This document shows positions 13,138 to 25,400 of a stretch of DNA of 64,000 nt, one piece after another. Positions within the stretch are counted from its first letter, which is position 1. Each line of letters begins with the position of its first letter. The translations under genes were made by a program, and so were the position numbers. The notes under the pieces were generated by a model that had not been told where the DNA came from, searched no databases, and saw only the letters and a program-made list of their open reading frames with translations. Source of the DNA: Phoronis australis (lineage: Eukaryota > Animalia > Phoronida); contig NMRA01000144.1 of the NCBI GenBank assembly GCA_002633005.1, positions 380,924 through 444,923 on the forward strand, written 5' to 3'.

Positions 13138-15624
13138 TCCACATGTGGGTCAGTTTGACAAAGGCTTTCAATTACCTATGGGTCAAATGTAGTTTATACT
13201 GGTATCATTTGTGTTTTGCAGTCAACTAATGACTGGAATGAGGCATTAGACTGACAGAATTTGAGCTAGGGAAAAATTAACTAAAGTCCTCGCTGTCTGT
13301 CTCAAAGACTTCAAATCTCAAGGCAAAATTCCGTTGCCGGGTTATTCGACAATAATTCATGATTGGGCGAGTGGCAAAAGTCGTTGAAATGAATGTGTAA
13401 AAATGTGATTTTGAGCGACCATTAATCACCCACCCTCTCAAGTCGCGAACAAGGCCGACAATAACCCTTTTTGACATCAGTCCAAGTGCTAGGGCGTACC
13501 TCAACTATACAAAGCAAGGCTTACCGTCTCTCATTTGAAGCTTATGGTACAAACTGCCAGTAACAGGAGTCACCACTCAGACTTTTGTACTACAATCTGA
13601 CATTTTACCAGCTTACCGTATGCTCAAATCAATATGGCACTCACAGGAAAACTTGAGGGACCTTAGAACTGTACTCGAAGACAGGTTCACTTGAGTTCCG
13701 ACGTGGTGGTCACTGACAGCAGCAACGTTGGAAAGTCATTAATTGAGTGGGATACCGATGGTTACTGTTCAAAACGTGTTAAAATAAGCGTTGTCTTGTT
13801 TCTCTTTCTTCCACAGTCGCTAACCAGGGCTGTANCCCCCCCCCCCCCCTAAACATTTTCAGGCGTCAGGGGGCAACCGACATAGGCGTTGGGCCGGGAA
13901 CAGTCGAGAAAAGAAAGACTGCGAAATACGTGCATCAATGCATGGTTTAATTACCTTTTTGAGGACCATGGCCAGGACTTCGTCGGCGTGCGTGTGTGTG
14001 TGTGTGTGTGCACGAGCGCGCATATATTTCAGGCACAAAAAACTGCTTGCGCGTCAAAACGTGCTACGTGAAGAATAAGGTCTCCGCTTTTCAAATGCAG
14101 CACAAGTCGAGAAAATTCGAAGCTTTTGCGGAGTACAGTAATTTACTGGATTTTTAAATTCAATAAGTCAATTTTGCAGATGCAAAACTATATTTTCCCA
14201 TATGCCCCTCTCTGGCAAGAAATAATGGAGACAACTTTCGCTTTATTTTTTTCTCGAAACTGTACTTGAGAAAAATTTATGACCTGTCAGATTACATCAA
14301 TTGCTGTGCATTTCCTGATACTTGAAAATATAAATAGTTTTCATATTTAGGGGCCCGCCCTTGAAGGAGGCCATTGATGACATTCAAGTGGCCACCCTTA
14401 TTGTGTTTTTATTGACAAATTCCGAAAGGGCCGCTCATGGAGAGAGAGGGTTCAAAGTTGGAATCGATTACCTCTATTTTCCCGTTTTTTGTGAAATCGT
14501 GCAACCGGCTTTCATGTTGAAGGAGGTCACTCCCTGCACCGTTTTGGGACCACACGACAGTGGAATGCACTGTCACTCTTTCTTCCATGAAGTTTAATGA
14601 TGTTTACTGGCCTTTCATCAAAGGTGTCCCATTTCAGACAGTACCCTTTCTCAGTGGAGCAGTTCGGGGTAAATGTCCCTTTGTCCCTCTATACATGTAA
14701 ATTCGACACTGCCAAGTATTCACAATGGAAGTTGAGATTCCATGGTTACTCGTCGCGGAAATTGCTTATAACATTCCGTTTTGACAAATCCGTTGATTTC
14801 TGATTTACTTGCTCATGTATCTACGAAAATCGATAGATTCATAGATGATTTTTCACAAGTAGAAGCTAATCTTGTAAGAATTGATGATGTTTCAGTGAAT
14901 TGCAGCCTGAAGTTGAAAAAACTCTATAATCCGGTCCCTAAATAGTAAAGTATATTAAATAGACGATTTTGCATCTAAAATAACTCTCAAAGACATTGAT
15001 AAAATTCGGACTTAAAAATCGTAGATAGAAAAAACGTTGCAAAAATCCTTAAATAAATTAAATTAAACTCATTGCTTGGAAAGCTTGTCTTTGCACTTCC
15101 TTGGTGTTTTTAGTTTCCAGTAGTATTGAGCAATGAATATTTGTTCAACTGAATTGATTGTTTGTCCTTATTCGCGTGCACGTCATGACTGACGTAGCTG
15201 CGTTAAAAACAAGATGTAACCATGACCATAATAAAACAAAGTTTTCCCGAAACTGGATCACAATAAAACGCATCTTGACCTTAAGAGCGAGCGCAGACGG
15301 CTGTTACGAGCTGCCTGTCTCAAGTGAAAAGCTAAGCTGACCAGGAACTAGCTTAGTCTCCTACACAGACCCACGAAATTGGTTGGGGGACTTCACAAGT
15401 TATCCGTGACGTCATCTTGTGAGGCCCGGGAACCAGGTTAGAACTAGCTTTACAAAGCTCATCGGGAATTTCGTGTTTTCACACTGTGAGATCTCAGCTA
15501 TAGCTACTAGTGAGGCAGCTCCTCGCTACCGGTCAGTGTACTGGTCCTAGGCCCATTCTTACTCTCTGTGTTGTTTCACGGTTACTCATCTCTCGATGGC
15601 TTCATCCCCGGCCCGGGATTGTCC

Positions 15625-15782
15625 CAGGGGTGGACCCAGGATTTTGAGTTGGGGGAGGGGAGGGCAGAGTATTAGCCAGAGTTTTACCCTTCAGAAATTC
15701 GCACTCCCGAACTGCCAAATGGAATCTGCGGGGAAAATTTTAGGGGGAACATGGCCCTTGGCCACCACTAAATTCGCCACTG
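15625..15782 (-). mobile_element. MITE, same family, inverted copy
   Basis: CAGGGGTGGA...TTCGCCACTG; shares CCCGAACTGCCAAATGGAATCT with the reverse complement of 16081-16242; flanks TGTCC/TGCCC. Confidence 0.75.
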
Positions 15783-16080
15783 TGCCCCCCGGCAGCTAGC
15801 AAGGGCGGGCGTGGGAGATAAGGTACAAATATGGTGGCAGTCGGGANGCGGAGGTGGTGGCAAAGGGGGGAGGGAGTTGTTTGGCGAAGTCGAAATGGTT
15901 TGTGCTCCCACCTCCCCCCCCCTCCAATATTTTTGCCTCATCCTACGGGCCGGCCTGATAACTCCTGAGTCCTTAATAGTTGCTTAGGCTCAGAGGGTAG
16001 TTTTGTGATTAATAGTCCATAGACACATGTGGTTATATTTGGAAAAATCCGGATATATTCCTGCATTTCATATGGGGAGC

Positions 16081-16242
16081 CAGTGGCGGATTTAGAGGGA
16101 GGCCAAGGGGNCCCCCCCCCGTTCTCCTAGATTCCATTTGGCAGTTCGGGGATGCGAATGTCTTTCAGGCAAAATCCTGGCTCACTAAAAATCTCTTGTG
16201 CCCTGGCCCGGCCCCTAACTCAGAATCCTGGATCCGCCCCTG
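16081..16242 (+). mobile_element. MITE, same family, 5-bp TSD GGAGC
   Basis: CAGTGGCGGAT...ATCCGCCCCTG with GGAGC on both flanks. Confidence 0.8.
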
Positions 16243-16737
16243 GGAGCTGCCTGTGTATGGCTTGTCTGAAACTGACTTTGAGTGAATTTGCTGAGACAAT
16301 CGACAACTCGGCAGAAATAAGTGAATTTGTCGACCGCCGCCGGGCGCCACTGCCGGTTTGTCCTGTACACCGCATTCAGCATTTTACTATACGCCGAGGG
16401 CAGTTCAGTGCAACTTGGATTGAGGAAAAACGCTCGGGAGGCGAACATAATTTGTCGCGTATCTTCTCAAATGTTGTAGATTTCACGAAAAGGTGAGAGT
16501 GGAGTGGCGCGCGTGATCCATGAGAGTGGGCACTACGACACTTCATTTTATTTTTTACTGAGTATTCCTGACACTGAATTTGAAATGGGACCAATTTATC
16601 CGACTATTACCTGATGGTGTAACACGATTGTTGTCTTATAAACAGTGGATTACTTATATTATATGAGAAACAAGTACATTGTATGTATGAATTATACACA
16701 ATGTGTAGCAGAACTCTTTGTTTTTCGCGGGACCTTT

Positions 16738-16819
16738 CACATCCTGAGGACAAAACATTCGTTCTTGTTTTTTACACCACATCCTGAGGACAAAACATTC
16801 GTTCTTGTTTTTTACACCA
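16738..16819 (+). repeat. Perfect 40-bp tandem duplication
   Basis: CACATCCTGAGGACAAAACATTCGTTCTTGTTTTTTACAC x2. Confidence 0.95.
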
Positions 16820-17215
16820 GGTGTCAGGTAATCTAACGCATGCCCAATGCTCACTTCCGTATTGGCGGCTTCATGCTTTCGTTTGAGTTACGGGTGTAAA
16901 GGCGTTATTTACTTACAGTAGCTGCCTTTTATCATAAGTAAGTCACACTATGGTCGAAGCATTAACTGCACAAAACATTTTATATCTTAGGACCGTTTCA
17001 CAGCTATTGTAGCTTCACCAAAAGCGAGATTGAGACCCATTGAACTGGCCCAACTTGAACCAGTAACGTAGCTTGATAAGCCGACTCGTAACCCGTCTGT
17101 AAATAAGTATTTACAGACACGCTCCGCAAGGTTGTGAAACTGTGGAATACAATTTTACCCAAATGCTGCAAATTGAAATCGTACCTGTGGTAGTTGGAAG
17201 GCCTGAATGAAACAA

Positions 17216-17373
17216 AATACAGTCCCAGTTCCTAACCAAAACGGAAAAACTCATTCAAACTTAAACTTACTTAAAGAAAGAAGCCTACACTCTACAGACT
17301 ACAGTCTCAGTGCAATGTCAACATTTTCCACACACATGCCTTGCTCTCAACGCCATCTTGTCGCTGAGTATGT
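17216..17373 (+). promoter_or_regulatory. Putative NUP93 promoter and non-coding first exon
   Basis: ACTACAnTCyCAG-like motifs (17216, 17298), YY1-like CGCCATCTTG (17351-17360), donor GA|gtatgt at 17368. Coding exon 1 starts with an acceptor, so an upstream UTR exon is implied. Confidence 0.45.
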
Positions 17374-19259
17374 ACGGCCCTAAGTTGACATCGTGATTTG
17401 TGAATAGATGTCAACAATTAACCTATATGACCTAGTTTGTAGTTGAATGCCATTGGTTGATTTACAGACAAGACTGACCCTCGAAGTCTTAATCTGGCAG
17501 AAGCGGAAACAGATGTCCAAGCCGTTATTTTGGAGGTGGTCTTTTTTATCATCAAATTTCTTTAATTTTGGGTTGAACATGACAGAGGATGATCATTTTA
17601 TAATTCGGGTATGTTTTTGAACTAAATTGTGAAGGTCACAAATTTCACATTTCATCAAAAAGTACAAGCACAGCCAGCAGTGGTTTGTGACTGGGTGTAA
17701 CCAGCCAGCATAATAACAGAATTCCAATTTTTTCTATCGCTAGTAAATAATCAAGTTTTTACTCAAAGTGAAGTGTAATTTTTAATTTGTGTCAGGTTTT
17801 ATTTGTCCAGTGTTTTACCCACATCGACACAGAGCTGTAGTATACAGATTTGCATCAAGGCTAACCCTTGGAATACCCTCAATGAATCATGCTATTGGAA
17901 TTAAGATGCCTTTCTAGAAGAATTCCATTCCAACTCCACTTTTTGGTTGCCATGAACTGTTTTACCACACGCGATAAGCACTGATAAGCTTAGGTGACCG
18001 TGATGTCACAAGTTAGAGACCTCAAAATGGCAGCTGGCAAAGGAAGTGCTACATTCAGTGTGCCAGTTCCAGGCTACTAATCAAACCTACGGTGCTAATC
18101 TGCTAATAAGTGACTGCTTGTATTTGACAAAGTATACTACACTATAGGTCCCGATAGCTCAGTGGACTAGAATGTCTGTATCGTTAGGAGAAATTTCAGT
18201 TTGTTGGGACACACATCTTTTCAGACTTACATGATGTGAGCAACATACATATTATGGTGTGTAAGATGACTGACAAATCATGGTTACATTGTATCAGTGC
18301 TGTGATTTACAACAACACAATCGTGGAAAATTGTTGCTTTCACTACTCCGGAAAGGTTATCTTCAGTTTGGCTACTAAGTCCTGTACAAAGTCATTATTC
18401 CCATCTTATGGCCTAGCTCCAGGGGCGCTTTCAAGAGTGGATTGTGTTTTTCGTCTTATTATGTGCAAGCAATTCTTAACAATATAGTCAAGCCTACAGG
18501 AGGGCATCTGCCATGTGACAAACCATTCTTTGAAATTTTCATCAAACTTAAATCTTCCCCCAATTCATCAGTCTTTCTTAATCCGTACTTATTGTTGGAG
18601 AGACTGCCTTATGACTCATCCCACAGGGCATACCCAGATCCTTGAACAATCAAGTTTCAAGCCAATCACCAGAGTCTTACTTGTGTATCTTCTTCTTTCG
18701 GAAATATATGGAATACTAAGTGCAAATATTGCTTTCATTTTCCCCTCACAAAGGCGATCCAAATGCACATTTACTCCCGGTTGTATATTAATTTGGATGT
18801 GGTGTACAAAATGGCTCATGCACAAAGTTGGCGATGTTTCTGACTGGTGACATGTTACAATAACAAAGTTTAACTTCAACATTGAGACATGTGTACCCTG
18901 CATCTATCACATTCATTCTAGAATTTGGCATGTGGTTCATTTTGCCATCTGTCTGGCAATTCTTGAATTAGAGACCTGTCAATATTGCCTATGTCTAAAA
19001 TTTGATACCAGCTCTGGCCTTGAGCAAAGTTTTTTAATTTTTCCCTGTCACAAACTGAAGATTTTTTTATTTGATATATATACCTTTGTGTAAATGTGCT
19101 GCGTATGGATGGTGCTTATAACTAGGTATCATTTGGTACTGATTTGTTACAAGATGTTTTAAAATATTCACTAGGTTAGAACCTATTATAAACTAGTTGG
19201 AGAATTTAATGCTCATGATTGCAAACTCGACATAATCACATTTCTGTCTATAGGTGGCC

Positions 19260-19441
19260 ATGGAGATGGATGCGGACGGGTTTGGTGATCTTCTCCACCA
19301 AGCGGAGCAGCTGACAGCCAACATGGACAGTGGTGCAGAGCTCCCTCGAGTGGAGAGAAACTTGCAGCAGATCCTTGAGGCTGGCCAAAGGCTGTGGACA
19401 CGAACATCAACCACTGACCAAGAGAGTACTGGAGTCAAAGC
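19260..19441 (+). CDS. NUP93: NUP93 coding exon 1
   Basis: Acceptor ctatag ending at 19253, GCCATGG start, [46 protein letters not shown]...VKA, donor gtatga. Confidence 0.93.
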
Positions 19442-22400
19442 GTATGATATTTATGTTCACTTGGACACACTTGATAATAACGAAAAACAGAAAGTTCCTG
19501 AGACACGCTTCAACTGAAATTCTAGGGCCCTCAATCCCGATTTTGGGGCCGAATATTGGCCCTATTCTCCTCTGAAAAATATTGAAAAATCACGCGAAAT
19601 TTCCTTCATGGGGCCCAAAAATTCCTGTCAACTATTGAAAAATTCCCCCGATTTTCAAATCACTTGTAACCCACACAGGTGACAACTTGAAAGAGCACAA
19701 AATGTTGATTTTGGCTATTTGAGACAGAGACTATGGGAGTTTGCAACAGGTTGGGTTTGCTATTTATGGTGATCGAGAGGTAGAATCTCCCCCTCACCCG
19801 AAAAAATTTTCATCTCAGAAAGCACAGACACCTTTCCCCTCGGAGGAACGAGGGCCCTGAATTCTCCAGCTTGTACTGCTCTCTCTCAGACTAAATCTTC
19901 GAAAATACACAACCTGCCATTCACCATTTTGGACATAGGTTCAAACGGAAAAATAAAATGTTCATACTTTTATAGCATCATGTGTGACAAACTCATAGCC
20001 TGCACTGTTGTGGCTAGAAGTCTTTGAGGAGTTAGCTTGCGTGTAAAATACACTGAACTTTTAGATGCGAAAAATTGTAAATCGCGACTTCTGGAACTTA
20101 CTATAAAATAAATTTCCCGACGTTGCGGAGCCGCCTGATTCCTATTGCATGTTCCAGAAATTGTGATTTTCAATTTTTTGCATCATTTTGCCTATACGAA
20201 TAATAATAATAATATCCATCATCTACACCGAACTTTTATTTGTGCACTTACTCATTAACTATTTTTGTCATTTTCCAAATAAGTCTTGGTTTGGTTTATT
20301 TTGACTACGCAGTTCTGTCAGCAGCTGTAGACAAACAAGCTGATGAGAAAAACCCCCTCATAAATAAATGTGATCCCCTTGGTCATCAGATACAATTTGC
20401 CTTCCACGTTTATCTGTCACGTACTTAGGATGTCGTGTCCTCAATTGCCCATTAAGTTACACACCCCTTATGCATGCGTGGATTGTTTTATAATCTGGTA
20501 AAGTATTAACAAAACCTGTTTTCCATCAGAAAGACTTCCTTTTGGTCTAGGCCACTTTACCCTACAGGAATGAGACTGGTGACTGGTCTCAACGTGTTCC
20601 TTCTATGCTTAGCTGAGAATTGATTTATGAACTTTGTAAGAACGGTTAGTTTGTCATTACTTGAGGTCATGCTCAGCATGTAAAATTGCCAGCCATGGTG
20701 AAGCTTACTCGACTGAGTCTGGTATTCAAAACTCTTCTCATGTCCAGTACTCACTTTCAACTTAGTAAGAGATTGCATGTTGTCTAAATCAATACAGAAA
20801 TTTAGCAAGAAAGTGGTTTCAAAGCAACTTCAAATATGAGTTAAAATTCTTCCATCTGAGATGAAAATGTTCAATTTCTTTCCAGTCTTCTCATTCTTTC
20901 CTGAAATAAAAACTTTTATCCTGAAATATTCAGTTGATGGTTGACGCTGATCTGCGGTTGTTTATTCTTGTTGTTTAGGGCAATTTTACTCGGATCTAAG
21001 GGCTACGACGTGCCTAAAATTTCTGAGAAACTCGAGGGACTGAGTGCTATAAAGACCTTTGAACCACTGGAACCAATCCGTGACACAGATATAGTGGTAA
21101 ATATAATGGGTTGGATTGTATGGGAGCACTTCTGTTGAAGCAAGAGTATACCTACCCACGTTTGCTCGAGCATTCTTGAAGACTGGTAGTCAACAAATTT
21201 GTAATGATGTTGTAATATGTTTTGATTTCTGCAGAATGATGATGGATAACTGGATGCCATGTTGTTTATCGAGTCTTGTTACAGTGTTGGAACATCTACG
21301 TTTAGACATTGACAACGAAATTACTGCGATTACTTTAAAGCTTTTGTTTCATGACAACATGATTGAAAATTCTTCAGTGCTTGTTTATGACATATAAACT
21401 AAATAAAATTTTGGTTTTGTATATGATTTGGAAACTGATGAGAATATTGATGGTAATTAAGAAATTATTTGTGTTTTAATTCAATCATTAACTCTTGGAA
21501 TTAATTCCATCCAGAAGTTTTAACAATAATGTTTTGTGTACTTTATATAAACTTGTTAGTTTTGGAGGAACGTCTCTGGCATGGTTAGAAGCACTGTTAG
21601 GGTGCACATTCAATGTTAATTCAGATGTTGTAGAAATTTCAATTTTTTCTGATGAAGAGTCATTACCTTTCCTTAAGAGACTCTTGAATTGTAATCTTCT
21701 TACTATAAACAAAATTGTCAACAAATGTCCTCAGGTATGTCTCATGGTACAAGTAGGAACCAATGATTTCACAGATTAAACCAATTGTATTCTGGAATTT
21801 AAAAAGAACAGGATCAGTTTGGTTGTAGTAAAAAGTGTCAAAGTTGTTGGACATTACTTGGACAAGAAATGCGTTCTTGCTGCAAGGTGACTAAAAACAA
21901 ACCCACAAAATTATGCATATTAAAATATTTAATTTTACTTTCTTTGGAATGAGTGAACAATTTCACTGCAAATTAACTCGCATGCTTAAAATTAAGGTCA
22001 ATCATAGACTAAAGTTAAAAGTCTATCGAATTAAAAATAAATAAATGGACTTATGAAGTATTAATAAAAAGTCTAGGGGTTTGGTTTTTGCGTTGCTCTG
22101 TAGATGAAAATCCATGCTATAAAGTTCATGTGATGCATATTTAATTTTTTTAATTTTCAGGGGTTTTTGAAGAATGAACGGGAGAATGCTTTGTTAACAG
22201 CCATAGAAGACACGAGACGAAGTGTGGGTATACAAAGTTGTCAATTAACAAAATTGAAAGTTCAAATGTACTTTTAGGGTTCCAGTGATTCGAGTCCACA
22301 GTTAGTGTACTTCTGTTGTTGTTAAGTGTTGATTGTTTGAACATTACATGTTCAGTGAGTAGTTTGTTCATGTTCATTTTGTTCATGTATTTCACATTTA

Positions 22401-25400
22401 TTTATTTTATGTTTATTATATGTTTTCTGGTTTGGACAAGCTTGATGCTACCAATGGTTACCATGGCCACAAGGTGTCACTTTGTTGCCCTCGGTACAAG
22501 ACTTTGCAAAGTTATGTCACAACAAATGTTTATCGGCCATTTTCTGGCCATGAATTTTGGCACTTGAGCAGTTGGGAACATTGATTTCTCTTTAGCCCAT
22601 TGATCGATTCACGCAAAATTTATGGTGTATGGCCATGGAAATGTGTCTCAGGTTTTTGATTTTCCTCTTCTACTCAGACGTTAAAAATCAATTCTTGGAA
22701 TGTTGTTTTAAAAAAGGATTTTGATGGCTTGTGTCTCTGCTGTTTGAGGATAAATCAAAAATCTGTGACAGTTTCCTGAGCGTTGACTGTAAAAATATAC
22801 AACTCTAACTCGAGGTCTCCTGTAGTTTAGATTTTTTCATGTTAATAATTGTGTGACGTTTCAGGGTGTGAATTTGATATTTTTCAGCCTTCAGGGATTC
22901 TAAAATATATACTTTCATGGGTTGAAAGTGGACTGTTGAAAAGTTACTTGATGAAACACGTTTGGAGTTGACAATTACCATAAGCTATAACTGCAAGTGG
23001 TGGAAATCAAAATTTTTGAGAGGAGGTTGGTGTATAGAAATGTAAAAAACAGAGCAATACCTGACTTGAAATTAGAATTACGTGCAATGAATTGATGTAT
23101 TTGTGGGAGTTCATGGTAAGTGGTTGGACGGGAATTACGAGCCATGCAATGTTTCATATAAGTATTCACTTGTATTCATGTGCGTATTCTTTGTAGACAT
23201 TTGAAGAGGTGGAACGCCGTCACTGGGACAACTTGTTTGATGAGTGGGAACGTGAAAAGCAAAAGATCCTGCAGGCACTGGTGGGGTCTAGCCAGGAGTC
23301 TCTGGATCTCCCTGCTGACATGGAGGTGGGTAGGAGGTGGCAAATAAAAACCATATTAAAGAAGAGTCGTCTTCATGTGCCTAGTAAGCAGTTTTATATG
23401 ATAATCATAAGATGACTTATTATGAAGGGTTCTATGCCAAATCTGCAGTAAAGCTACTGGTCCAGATCACATGCAGTTGAGTACTCTGATTAAACACGTA
23501 TGCATAAAACTGTTAATGATCACAGAATCTTGTTATTTGCGCAAAAGCAATATCCAGATATTCATAATGTGTGGCACTCAGAGCTTGTAAGTTTCATCAG
23601 ACTTACAGCGATCACATGATTACATACATCTGGGGACTATTTTTTATTTTGTGCACATGAGATTTTGCTACGATCAATGTTGACGAGGCTGTATTTTTCC
23701 TATATTTAGACCTCGAATGGATGAATCAAGACATTCCAATTCCCTTGACGAGTCTCGATACGGGAAATAACTGACGAGGACGTGTAATAATATCTTCATC
23801 CCCCATTTTGTGCAATAGAGTCTACAAAACTCGCGAAACAAAATTAATGAAAATATTCGACTTTGATTGAACTTGATGTCGATCATTGCTGTGTAATGCT
23901 ATGGATCAAATCAAACACGTGAGCGTCTTGTATAAAACATCATATCATGGCTATCACTCTTTTCCCACCAAATCGTTATCTCCCGTATGGGATGACTCTA
24001 TAGGTTATTACTCTAGTTATTGGTGGTTCAGGATTGTATTGTGGTACAAATGGTTTTACTGGCCTACTGTTAAACCAATTAAAGTTATTTAAGAGATTCT
24101 GTTATTGGCAACCAAGGTAGCCTATTACCTGAATGGGATGTTATCGGCAAGAAGAGTAATTTTCTGAGATCAGCTTCAATGTGGAATACAGAACACGACT
24201 ATCTCCTGAAACCCCTTGCAGGACATTTGTGAAATTTGGCAAGAAAGTGTATTCCTGTGATCTTGTAATTACCATAATTGTGCCATTTAGTGGCAATTTT
24301 ATTTTCTTACGTTTTGCCTCTGTATCTCCGCAGTTGCTTGGCGGATTTTTAAGAAATTGGGCATACGGGCTTCTATTAGACGAGGATGCACCCTAATTTT
24401 TGGATGGGTTTGACATATTGCGCGCTACCTACGGGGCCATTTTCACCCCTAGAAGCATACCATTTTTGATGCAGTCGTGGCCGCATTTCTACGCTTTGTG
24501 ATGCTCTTTTTATTAAATATGCCTTGTTCAAAATTGACAGTACAGTGTTTAATTGTATTACAGGGTGTGTTGGGAGACTCCATTAGCATGCATAGGAGGA
24601 GTGCTCTGGATAATGTGGAAATGGCCTATGCACGTCAGGTAGGATACATCAGTGCTCTCCATCCTTTCGTTGGTGTACTACTATGTCTGTAGTAAAATCT
24701 CCAACACAATGTGGTGGACAAGTGAAATTTTATTTTCTCATTTTTGTCATCGAGGTTATATAGCCATGTTCAAGTTCTGTACCGATATCTACAATCAAAA
24801 AATGTTTTGAAAATTGTGGACATGAAGAAAGGTTAGTTTAGGCAATTATTTTTGTCCAAAATTGGTGAGATATTTATCGTACCCATTGACTCAAGATGAA
24901 AATCTACTGCGTGATGAACAAGGTCCCCTTACTTTAAGGCAGGAAATATTGAAATTCTGCAGTTTGTTTGGTGGTGACAATTCACCATTTGTCACTTGCC
25001 AAGGGTGTCAAAATGGCTGTAGTACATCCTCTACCTTTGCGCAGCATTTTCACATTCACTAAGCAACATGTACTCCGTGAGGTACTTGCAGTGAGAAAGC
25101 TTGTCAATGGAGACGATGTGTATATTCGGCATTTACCCTATCATTTTCTCCCAGAATTCAATGTTCATATGAAGCTGTTCAATAACTTTCAGCGTCGTTG
25201 GAAGGCGTTGAACTCACATGGGAAATGCTACTGAGATAGGTTATACAATCCTGATCTTGCAAGACACTAGCCTCATGTAATTCACCTCATTTTCAATTTT
25301 TGTCGTTGAATAGAAATTCAGTTTTTTCTTCATGTCAAGTGTATGGTATCATGTGTCTGATGTTGCAGGTGTATATCTACAATGACCAGGTAATACAGGG

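Noticed and set aside
14470-14820. Minus-strand segment bounded by acceptor- and donor-like sites
   Set aside because: Stops in all three frames; no support as a coding exon.
16152-16496. 114-aa ORF ending at a donor-like AAG|gtgaga
   Set aside because: Starts inside a MITE and resembles no known family.
18147-18210. tRNA-like A box TAGCTCAGTGG
   Set aside because: No B box or cloverleaf; at most a decayed SINE head.
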